Positions 44,391-55,554 of a DNA stretch of 64,000 nt are shown one piece after another. Under the pieces are notes generated by a model. It had not been told where the DNA came from and ran no database searches. It saw nothing but the letters and a program-made list of their open reading frames with translations. The translations under genes and the position numbers were made by a program. Every line of letters starts with the position of its first letter. Positions within the stretch are counted from its first letter, which is position 1. Source of the stretch: Octopus vulgaris (taxonomy: Eukaryota); assembly GCA_951406725.2 (NCBI GenBank), contig OX597822.1, forward strand, positions 80,848,001-80,912,000, in the 5' to 3' direction.

Positions 44391-44905
44391 AGAAATATTA
44401 TTACTTCTAAGTTTCTCTAAAGGAAACTACGGCAGCGGTACTGGAAATTAACAGGTATCGCCAAGCCAATATGGCGATAACTGTTAATATCCAGTACCGC
44501 TGCCGTAGTCTCCTTTATAGAGATTTAGAAATGATAATATTTCTATTTTTGAAAACCAGTAGATGTATCCCACTGAAATTAGGTAAATAATCCTTCGAAG
44601 AGACGGTCCGCAGCGACGCCTGCTGGGTTCGGCTATTCTGAATTGATAAAAGGCAAATACCCTGAAACATGTCTGCAGATGCCTGACCAGCAAGGGGAAG
44701 CGTTTGACCTCCCCTGTTCGAAGGTTATAATGGAAACAGGTTCGTGTATCATATAGCTAGCTAGAAGCGACGCCCTCTTGGAGCTAATCAACAACAGCTT
44801 TTGTCCTATATTTATGGACTGCCATATTAGCTTGGCGATAACTGTTAATATCCAGTACCGTTGCCGTAGTCTCCTTTAGAGAGACTTAGAAATAATAATA
44901 TTTCT
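44391..44905 (+). mobile_element. non-autonomous PLE-like element: inverted tail + tail-[361-bp unit with HHR]-tail
   Basis: TGGCGATAACTGTTAATATCCAGTACCG at 44472 and 44833; 44391-44475 is the reverse complement of 44821-44905; related fragment at 41895-41945. Confidence 0.75.
44637..44679 (+). ncRNA. minimal hammerhead motif, U3-A8 variant
   Basis: TCTGAA-TTGATAA-A-AGG caaatac CCT-GAAA-CATG-TC-TGCAGA; palindromic ACATGT; one stem I mismatch. Confidence 0.55.
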
Positions 44906-45001
44906 ATACACACACACACATACACACACACACACATATACATACACAGATATATATATATATACATATACATATACACATTTATATATATATATACATA
45001 T

Positions 45002-45064
<63 letters not shown>

Positions 45065-45119
45065 TATATATACACATATATATATATATATATACATATA
45101 CACAGACATATATATACAT

Positions 45120-45156
<37 letters not shown>

Positions 45157-45264
45157 AATATATATATATATAGAGAGAGAGAGAGACATATATATATATA
45201 TATACATACACACACATATATTTTTGTGTGCACACACGCTCACACACACATGTATATAGATACT

Positions 45265-45730
45265 TCGAGAATTTTGCAGTAGATTTCTCTCTACCAATAT
45301 TACACATAAACTATTTTCCTATCAGCAAATGTTTGTCTTTGTACAAATGTTCATTTGTTTTGATTATTTCCTCACTTTATTTCTTTCCCCAAAAGCGCCC
45401 GATCTTCTCTAGTTTTATGCATTTCCGTCGTGTATTATTCTTTGTCGATTTCATTGCATCCTTGGGCAACTCATATAACTCACAAGGTTTTAATGTGCGC
45501 ACCTAATTAAACTAATTTTGTTATCTCTTTCAAAATATTGTCAGTCATCAATTTTTTTCTTTCTTTTTACTATTGCAGCAAATTTTTCAAGTTACAGTTG
45601 TTCTCTGCGTAAATCTCTCTCTTCTTGTCATGGATTGCTCGACTAACTATAATCATCACCATCATCGTCGTCATCGTCGTCGTCGTCGTCATCACCACAT
45701 CCATTATCACAACCACCATATTGTCCCAAT
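45265..45730 (-). pseudogene. decayed death-domain-like segment, copy 3
   Basis: CELYELPKDAMKSTKNNTRRKCIKLEKIGRF..LYK..NIGREK; CATTGCATCCTTGGGCAA shared with copies 1 and 2. Confidence 0.4.
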
Positions 45731-46809
45731 CATCATGGACGCCGTCGTCGTCCTCAGCATCACTTATCACCTTCATTGTCATCACCTTCATCATCATCTT
45801 GATTATTATCATGATCGTCATTATTATCATCTTTACCGTTCTCCTCCTCATCATCATCATCACCATCGTCCCCATCATCATCATCGACATCGTAGTCGTC
45901 GTTGTCGTCGGCGTTGTTCACCCCGTTTCCACCTTCTCTCCCCCTGTTTTTTTATTAGTGTTCTCTAGCATCGACCATTAATTGTTCCTGTCCAGGGCTC
46001 ACTTCATGCGCTCGCGCGGTTTCATCAACCAAGAAGAGGTCTAAGCTCCCGTGAATGAGTTCATTATCTTGAAGGACAAAAACTGGTACAGCATGGAATC
46101 AAAGAACTTACAGAAAAGCGACTTCAGACCGCGCAACACGATAGCGTCTACTTTGAATTCCAATTTGCTTTTATCGTAACTCAACGAATAACACGAATAT
46201 GTCACCAAAATGTTGAAAACCTTTTGACTCAACAGAATAGTTAATAAATTGTCTTAAACACGGTTAACAGCGAGATTCAAGACGATGACATACATATCTA
46301 TTGTTTATAAGTTCCGGTGAATATGCTAATTGCTATTGACTTCTTCACAAGAGAATAGCTTCTCCTTTACAATAAATAATTGTTTATAAAGCTCTCACAT
46401 CTGCCACAAATTATTAAGAATAAATTGACATGTCATCGTTTTGAATCTTGCTATTTCCGCACATAGGACGATTAATTATAAGTTGACAGAAGCCACGGAT
46501 CAGTAAACAAACTGTTCGCTGGAATTTTAAAGAAAACCATCGATTTTTCTTAAATTCATTGATCCAGTTTCTTCAAGCTGACAGGCCACAGCGATGTCAA
46601 AACTCCAGCTGTCTAAAGTCTCTTGAGCGCACGAGCCAAGTGTGTATATGAACACATATTCGTTGTAACGTATACGCGTTCATCGTTGTATGTATGTAAA
46701 TGCATGTGTAGATACAGGGATTTAAACGTATACATGTGTGTGTATGAATATACCTATACATACATATTTACTTATATATGAATAAATATTTAGAGGGTTT
46801 TTTTCGGCT

Positions 46810-47010
46810 ATCTTATACTTGCCTCAGACACTGGACCGCAGCCTTGCTGGAGCACCACCCTGAAGGATTTAATCGATGAAATCCACTCCAGTACGTAGAT
46901 ATTTTAAATCGGATACTTATTTTATCGATCTCTTTTCAGAACCGCCATGTTACGCAGACGTAATCGCAGCACTGGTTGTCACGCGGTGGCGGAATAAGCA
47001 CACAGATACA
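46810..47010 (-). mobile_element. SINE family B 3' half, diverged
   Basis: reverse complement of 18190-18370-type tail. Confidence 0.65.
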
Positions 47011-47032
47011 CACACGTACACAAACAAATAAG

Positions 47033-47072
<40 letters not shown>

Positions 47073-47073
47073 T

Positions 47074-47127
<54 letters not shown>

Positions 47128-47134
<7 letters not shown>

Positions 47135-48092
47135 AAAAAAGGTTTGAAAATGCAATTTAAACGATGTTTATTTACTTAACCGGTTTCACTCTTTGGTAAA
47201 AGATTATCAAAAGTTACATTTAAGGAAACATTGAATAATATGGGTTCAAAAAAGTTTTTTACATAATTGTCACATTGAATATTATGCATTCAAAAAAGGT
47301 TTTACATAATTGTCACATTGGATATTATGAATTCAAAAATGTTTTTTTATACATAATTGTCACATTACATGTATAAATATAGTGTTTGGTAACAGAGAAG
47401 TTCAATAGTGTGATGAGAATATTTGGGAAAATTTGGCAGAAAAGGATAAAACAAATATATTATTGGGAATTGGTTGCGTTAATTATTGGTTGTCGCAAAT
47501 TGTCACATTACATGTATATATATACAATCTTTGGTATATATATACAGCCTTTTGACAGCAAAAATTAAAATGGATTTTTTATACATCTCAGAATATTTTA
47601 AGTACAAGGCGAGAATATGTTTTTACTGACATGTCGGTAAAAAATCCATTTTAATTTTTGCTGTCAAAAGGCTGTATATATATACCAAAGATTGTATATA
47701 TATACATGTAATGTGACAATTTGCGACAACCAATAATTAACGCAACCAATTCCCAATAATATATTTGTTTTATCCTTTTCTGCCAAATTTTCCCAAATAT
47801 TCTCATCACACTATTGAACTTCTCTGTTACCAAACACTATATTTATACATGTAATGTGACAATTATGTATAAAAAAACATTTTTGAATTCATAATATCCA
47901 ATGTGACAATTATGTAAAACCTTTTTTGAATGCATAATATTCAATGTGACAATTATGTAAAAAACTTTTTTTGAACCCATATTATTCAATATTTCCTTAA
48001 ATGTAACTTTTGACAATCTTTTACCAAAGAGTGAAACCGGTTAAGTAAATAAACATCGTTTAAATTGCATTTTCAAACCTTTTTTCTTATAT
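47128..48092. repeat. near-perfect long inverted repeat (arms 47128-47581 and 47638-48092, 56-bp spacer) with internal ~42-bp tandem repeats
   Basis: arms differ at only a couple of positions seen; three ACATAATTGTCACATT units per arm. Confidence 0.98.
48006..48046 (+). ncRNA. hammerhead-like motif, U3-A8 variant (mirror copy 47174-47214, minus)
   Basis: ACTT-TTGA(C/T)AA-TCTTT tacc AAAGA-GT-GAAA-CCGG-TT-AAGT; palindromic ACCGGT; 2 extra nt before GAAA. Confidence 0.45.
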
Positions 48093-48163
48093 GATCCCAC
48101 TCGTGCGATACCCCACAACTCAACTTTTTTATATATATATGTATATATATACACATACATATA

Positions 48164-48347
48164 TACCAGGGGGTGCTGAAAGCTCCTGGCTTTAAGGGTA
48201 TCGTGAAAAGCATGGTTTGAGGCCGAACCTTTCGAGTTCGTTTATCGGACTTAGAAAAGGCGAAGGACCGCTGCAGTACGTGAGAAGGGAATATGTTGAA
48301 TCGAACCATAACTAACTGATACACCTGTAATTTCTTTTACCCAAAAC
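48164..48347 (+). mobile_element. mariner-derived MITE fragment
   Basis: TACCAGGGGGTGCTGAAAAG TIR-like end; GLRKGEGP../..EGNMLN region resembles decayed transposase C-terminus (G.YVE*); TIR-like ACTTTTGAATTGCCCTCGT at ~48574-48592. Confidence 0.55.
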
Positions 48348-48589
48348 AAAAAATATTTTCATCCGTTAATACGTCCTGATGAAGGTAAGACTCTATGTCA
48401 AACCAGAAACCAAGCCGCCTGCATCCAAATACTGTGAAATATTTAGCATTGGGCTATACAAGTATGGGCAAGATTTTTTCTGGCCCGTTCGCCCGACTTC
48501 TGCTGTCATAATTTTCAGTGTTATTATTGGCGGTTTAAATGAGGGTTTTAACTCTTATTTCTAGCAGGCAGGCACTTTTGAATTGCCCT

Positions 48590-48625
<36 letters not shown>

Positions 48626-48629
<4 letters not shown>

Positions 48630-48754
48630 CAGCGCAGCGTGGAAGGTGTTTGTAAGCCATTTAAGAAACACACAAAAGCCGTTCGATTCACGAGTGAATA
48701 CAACGGCTTTTGTGTGTTTCTTAAATGGCTTACAAACACCTTCCACGCTGCAAT
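48626..48754. repeat. ~55-bp-arm palindrome next to (TA)n
   Basis: GCAGCGTGGAAGGTGTTTGTAAGCCATTTAAGAAACACACAAAAGCCGTT and its exact reverse complement. Confidence 0.95.
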
Positions 48755-48815
48755 TGTTTTCGTTTCAGCACACGATCTCAGATCAAATCACATGCTATGC
48801 GAGTACATCTCCGTA

Positions 48816-48877
<62 letters not shown>

Positions 48878-49116
48878 AAAAAGTCAAGATAGAAAATGCT
48901 AAAATAATTTTGTCAGAAACATTTCAGTTCGGATTTCGAACTTTGAGACTTTTTCAACTGTAAGTATGAAAAACAATTAAATTTTGGAAAAATTTAAAGA
49001 AAAGTTTTTTTTTAAAGAATATTTGCATACAAGTGGCATTTTCCTTGTTTCTACCTGTCTCTGTCTCTCATCTTTACTCTTGGGGGCTCGAGGTCGTTGG
49101 GAATTCTTGGCAGGGA

Positions 49117-49221
49117 GGAAGAAGAAGAAGAAGAAGAAGAAGAAGAAGAAGAAGAAGAAGAAGAAGAAGAAGAAGAAGAAGAAGAAGAAGAAGAAGAAGA
49201 AGAAGAAGAAGAAGAAGAAGA
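49117..49221. repeat. (GAA)n microsatellite
   Basis: direct reading. Confidence 0.97.
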
Positions 49222-50029
49222 ATGCATTTTACAAAGTTCCCGTGTATCAAGCTCACTGAGCAGGCATCGGTCGGTCTGCGACTGCGTTAGAAGTCACTTG
49301 CCCGTGGTGACACGGATTGGAACTGGATCTAAAGTCATGTGATTTCAAAGAGAGCTTCTGAACAACACAGCCATTTTTGCAGCTATCTGATGAGATTACT
49401 TATCGAAATAGTTACTTTATCGTCATGCTGTTTCTGGTAGAAGAAACCACGTTGAGTGTCCAGGGTACCAGTGACCTAGAAGCCCACCAGCCAACCAACT
49501 AACCAGCCAGCTCATGAACCAAACATACCACTGACATATAAAAACCAATAATAACTACTCGTCACACAGGGACAAACAGAAACACAGACATCCACCTACA
49601 CCCACCCACACGTACAAAGACGAAAATACAAAAAATTATATAGTAGTAATTATATTAGCTATAAAAATACATTAGCAAATATTACAATCAAGGCTGTCTA
49701 CCAGCAGAGAGATTTTCGCAAACCTCATTCATAAGAGCTTTTAGAATTAGTTGCAAAATACACCGAATCGATTGAATGAACAGAGTTATCGGAATTCTGA
49801 TGTAACAGTTTATATTTTGTACCGTACATCCTTATAAGGTAATTTCCGGTATAAAATAGTTTGATAGCGGTGCCTTTCCAGCTGTCTGTTCGAATCCTTA
49901 TTCTATTATTTTTTTTTAAATCTCTTACTGTATTTTTAAATCTCTTTTTGTAATTTGATATTTTATGATATTATTTATATATATATAGTTATATATATAA
50001 ATATATATATAGTTATATATATAAATATA

Positions 50030-50143
<114 letters not shown>

Positions 50144-50484
50144 GGATGGATAGATTGATAGATAGACAGATATACACACATACCCATATACATATATAAA
50201 TATGTGTGTATATGTGTATGTGTATGTATATATGTGTATGTTTGTATGTATGCATGTATGTATGTATGAACATGGGTATGTATATATATACTTGATCGTC
50301 TAAACTTCGATTATCATAGATTTACGCTCTGTTCTTTGATCGCTGTCACGGAGGTTTAATCTTTCTGTCTCTTTCACTCTCTATCTAAATTATTTCCTTC
50401 TCTCTCCATCTTTCTCTCTCACTCTCTCTCACACACACATGTAGTCCCATCTTTCACGCACACAGCACCCAATCTGTCTCTCTT

Positions 50485-50518
<34 letters not shown>

Positions 50519-51010
50519 ACATTTCATACTTCCAACGAAAAGTCACTATTTCCCTCTCAACACTCTCCTTCTCTCTCTCTCTTTCTCTCTGCTTATATAT
50601 TATTACAATGTATATTTTGTGTTATACATACTTTCTCTCCTTCCATACCATTGCTCTATCCTACAGCTACCATGATATCAGTCAATAACATGGCAGGATA
50701 CAAGTCCAAGATATTAAATGCTATCCCTTAGGTGTTACGTCAAAGAGATCGGATATGTTTGCAATCATTCACAGAGGAACTTACATCAAGAAGAACACGA
50801 AATTAGGAGCACGCAGACAGCATGCAGGCCCAAACACGCACACATACAATATGTATGCACGCACGGAATGTGAACGTATACACCAACGCATGGTTACGTG
50901 TTCGAATAGAGATATGCGTGTGCGTGTGTATAAATTTTATTATATATGTACACAGGCAAGTATATGTATATATATATATATATAAATATATGTGTGTGCG
51001 TGCTTCTGTA

Positions 51011-51076
<66 letters not shown>

Positions 51077-51184
51077 CATACACACATATCATTATATATA
51101 CATATATATATATATATGCATATATACATTTATATATATATGATAACGGGCCAAAGGGCATACATGAATTGTCATATGTATATG

Positions 51185-51295
<111 letters not shown>

Positions 51296-51807
51296 GGGTT
51301 GCCTGTGTGAGTGTGGGGGTGGATGTGCGTGTGTGTGTGAGTGAGCGCAAGCATAGGTGTATGTGTGTGAATTCATACGTTCGCGTTGCAGAGAAAGCAC
51401 GCGCATTTGTGTGTATATAGCTGTATACTTACGACAACAAACTGCATAAATATGAACACACGAATAGTAAGAAACCGTTGGTATCCACAAGAATGCGTGC
51501 AGCTACACACACACACACACACACATATATATTTATATATAATGTATATACGTGTGTGTCTGTGCATATGTATGACTGTATGTATATTATACATTTATAG
51601 ATATATGTATTGTGGTTGTATTCACTATGCGTATTTTTGCAGCTTGTTCAATGATCAAAAGCATCCTATACCTGTGTCCTGAGATTTTCTGAAATTACAG
51701 ATCGAGATATTGATAACTAAATATCTCTATTCTACTCTGCTCTAACACTCCAAAACCCCACCCCATCTGTCTCTCTCTTTCTGTATCTCTTTCTTCGTGC
51801 ATACACT

Positions 51808-51839
<32 letters not shown>

Positions 51840-51889
51840 CACATACATCAATATATATATGCACGCATATATGCACTTTATAATTTCAT

Positions 51890-51923
51890 AGATAGATAGA
51901 TAGAGAAAGAGAGAGAGAGAGAG

Positions 51924-52015
<92 letters not shown>
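51890..52015. repeat. (GATA)n microsatellite (another at 50095-50168)
   Basis: direct reading. Confidence 0.95.
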
Positions 52016-52627
52016 GTGTACATGTGCGAAAGAAAGATGTAAATAAGAACCAGTGCCAGAAAGAAAGTAAGAATGAAAGGAAGGAATCAGTAGGAAGGAT
52101 AAAGAGAAGGAAATCTGAAGAAAGAATAAATCAATTTCTTTCAAAGAAATCAAAGAGATTGCATCGAATCATGAAATATAAGAAAATCTAAATGTGAAAA
52201 TACCATAATATCTCTCACCGGCACCAACCTACACCATTAAATTATCACACAAACCAAAAGGGGTGGATTAAAATATGGTGGCTTGATCTGCGAGAAATAA
52301 GTGCCGATTTGCATCAAATCTGATACTATACATCAAACGGAATGAGAAGAGTGGGCGCAGCGCTTTGGGCGCTGGTGATTTGGCACAGCTGGTTGGATAT
52401 TCATGTTGTTTTGGTGTCAGTACTTTTTGGTGCTGCTGGGAAATACCCGCACATGCACATATATATGCAGATACTTATATATCTCATGTGGCAAAGTTGA
52501 TAACCGTTGAGAGATTTCTCTCTCTATAAAATCATCGAAAACCATGGTAACCCACAAACGAAGGCTATCTATCCCTGAATGCGGAATTGAATACTCACAC
52601 GCGCTGCTCGACAGTAGCGTATTTATG

Positions 52628-52663
<36 letters not shown>

Positions 52664-52747
52664 CATTTCAGTCGAATTAGGTACTTATATTGAGGCACCA
52701 AGCCAGTTCAGTAGAGTCAGCGCAGCTCGAAGTTAGGGGAATAAAAA

Positions 52748-53090
52748 TCAAACGAGTAACAAGGATGTCCAGGTATCAGGGCATTACGGCCGTTTCAAGT
52801 GGTTCCAATTAATCGATCAATGAATACATTTCTTCAATTTGAAATAAACCGCAGGCAGACGACCATATAGATTTTGCCGCAAAAATAGCAAATTCATTTA
52901 TATAATTATTTTAGTCTCTTGTATAAATGAAATTTTGCTAAAAAAAATAATGACTTATCCTTTATGTTGGAAGTCTATATGGTCGTTTGCACTGGAGGAG
53001 AGTGGTTTATTTCATATTGATGTAATGTTTTCATTGATCATTAAATAGAGCCGCTTGAAACAGCCGGAATGCATCCTTGTTACTTATTTG
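52748..53090. repeat. old, diverged inverted repeat (~155-bp arms)
   Basis: AGTAACAAGGAT/ATCCTTGTTACT, GACCATATAGA/TCTATATGGTC, CATTTATA/TATAAATG nested in order. Confidence 0.85.
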
Positions 53091-53414
53091 CTATATGTAT
53101 AGGGAATATAACTTTTGTATGACTGAATGAATCGCTCACTGTTCAGTTACGTATTTGGAGTTGACTGTAATTTACTTATTGAATTTATTTATTGATATGG
53201 CTGTACATAGGGTAAATGCGTTTGAAAGTTTTGGTTTCTTTGATATGTTTGTTCCCAAACAACACTTACTTTTGTGTTGCTGACACCGCCGGATTGAATG
53301 GCATTGCCCAGGTGTCGAAACCATAATGATATCCGAGGTGCAGCTGATGATGGAGGTATGTTAAATTGTTTGTATGGCTGTTTTGTATATGTGGAATAGT
53401 ATTATAACATATCC

Positions 53415-53460
<46 letters not shown>

Positions 53461-53463
<3 letters not shown>

Positions 53464-53815
53464 CAACCACGTGTGTATATAGATAAAGTTACATTTATCT
53501 TTAGAAGCGCCGAATGTGTACCGTACGAAACAGACAGCAAAGTTATATTTTCGAACGCTGTATCGCCGTTAAAACGGCAGAAAAAATGGGCATAGGTACC
53601 CTTACAAGGCAAAAAAAAATGTCTGTAAATAGCCATGGGAGTTGAACCCACATCCCCCAAGAGACTAGCTGAGTGCTTCATTAAGTTAAACTGCCTGCTG
53701 ACAACAATCTTTGCTGATTTTAAGAGATTGCTTTTTGAAATGTAGCAACCGTGTGTGTATATAAACAAACTGACATTTGTTTTATAAGATGTGTCGAATG
53801 TCTATCGTACGATAC
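53461..53815. repeat. diverged ~70-bp direct repeats ~280 bp apart
   Basis: TAGCAACC..GTGTGTATATA..ACATTT..CGAATGT..CGTACGA at 53461 and 53743. Confidence 0.75.
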
Positions 53816-54550
53816 TGAGGGAGAGGAAGAGAGAGATTACAATTTATTAATTGAGCACGATTTACATAAACACTTCCTCTCTCCTCATACTCATAAAGAA
53901 GAATATGCTCACATACATAAAATGTGAGAGAGGAGAGTGAATGAAAAAAGCATTAAAACGAAACACTAAAACATTTGATCTCAAATAAGTCAGCGTCGAA
54001 TCAGCGACGCCAAATATACGGCGCCAAAACGTTTCATATCATGTCATAAAATTGACAAGTTGGATAATATAGTCATGTCTCTCGCAAATAAGAAAAAACC
54101 TGATGGCCATAGATTTTCGGATCTCACGTGGAATTAAACAACAACAGCGACATCAGCAAACTATAATTCATTAGTGACTGCACCACCATCCACACTATTA
54201 CTGTGAACATCACTACCACCAACACCACTACAGAAATACCACTCCCGACATCACCAAGACTATCGTTAATACCACTGTAACCAATGTTGTTACTGCTAAC
54301 TCCATCATCAAAAAACCACTACCAGCAACATCATCACCGTCAACACCACTACCACCACGAGCAACACCAAAACCACCAAAGCCAATACCGCTACTACGAA
54401 ATTACTAACACCAATATCACTACCAATATCTCCACCACTAATATCACTATCAATACCACCGACAATAACAATATCAACACCACCACCAGTTCACTACTTC
54501 TGCCCATACCACCGCTACTATCATCGTATCAATAGAGCCTACAGCAGCAG

Positions 54551-54785
54551 AAGGCGGCGAGCTGGCAGAATCGTTAGCACGCCGGGCGAAATGCTTGGCG
54601 GTATTTCGTCTGCCGCTACGTTCTGAGTTCAAATTCCGCTGAGGTCGACTTTGCCTTTCATCCTTTCGGGGTCGATAAATTAAGTACCAGTTACGCACTG
54701 GAGTCGATGTAATCGACTTAATCCCTTTGTCTACCCTTGTTTGTCCCCTCTGTGTTTAGCCCCTTGTGGGCAATAAAGAAATAAG
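54551..54785 (+). mobile_element. SINE family A, full length with 14-bp TSD
   Basis: GCCTACAGCAGCAG at 54537-54550 and 54787-54800. Confidence 0.95.
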
Positions 54786-54859
54786 GGCCTACAGCAGCAG
54801 CAACAGGCCTCTGCAAACGTAGGCTTCAAAACCATGACTATAACATTACTTACAGCTTA

Positions 54860-55475
54860 TTCGTCTGTCTTTACGTTCTGAATTCAAATCCCGCCGAGGT
54901 CGACTTTGCTTTTCATCCTCTCTGGGTCGATAAATTAAGTACCAGTTGCGTAATGGGGTCGATCTAATATACTGGCCCCCTGCACAAAAATTTCGGGCCT
55001 TGTACCTAGGGTAGAAAAGAATATTTAAGGCGGCGAGCTGGCACAAACGTTAAGCATGCTGGGCGAAATGCTTAGCAGTTTTTCATGTCTTTACGTTCTG
55101 CGGTCAAATTCCGCCGAGGTCGACTTTGCCTTTCATCCTTTCGGGGTCGATAAATTAAGTATCAGTTGCGTACTGGGGTCGATGTAATCGGCTAGCTCCC
55201 GCTACCCAAAACGTTTCGGGCCTTATGCCTAGAGTAGCAAACATTACTTATAGCTTGTAAGTCAGCGAGCTGGCAGAATCGTTAGCACGTCACGCAAAAT
55301 GCTTATCAGCATTTCGTCCGTCCTTCTGTTGTGAGTTCAAACCACGCTGGTTTCGACTTAGCCTTTCATCGTTTTGGAGTCGATAAAACAAGTACCATCT
55401 GAACCCTGGGATCGTTGTAATCCATTTACCACTCCCCCGAAATTGTTGGCCTCGAGCCAAAATTTGAAACCAATG
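54860..55475 (+). mobile_element. head-to-tail cluster of three further family A SINEs
   Basis: copies at ~54860, 55027, 55263. Confidence 0.88.
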
Positions 55476-55554
55476 TTACTACAGCCTATTCAACTACCGT
55501 TCTATTACAGTCAGTAACTCCATACCAACGTTATTATAATACCACACCGTATAC

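Noticed and set aside
47230-47372. ~42-bp repeats as a CRISPR-like array
   Set aside because: Contiguous tandem units without unique spacers, in a eukaryotic context.
47386-47833. Identical 60-aa ORFs on opposite strands (also 40930-41130 / 41438-41638)
   Set aside because: A by-product of the inverted repeats; no recognisable protein motif.
53272-53352. GACACC..GGTGTC-GAAAC stem and downstream CTGATGA
   Set aside because: The 5' core has three substitutions and the downstream CTGATGA lacks supporting stems.
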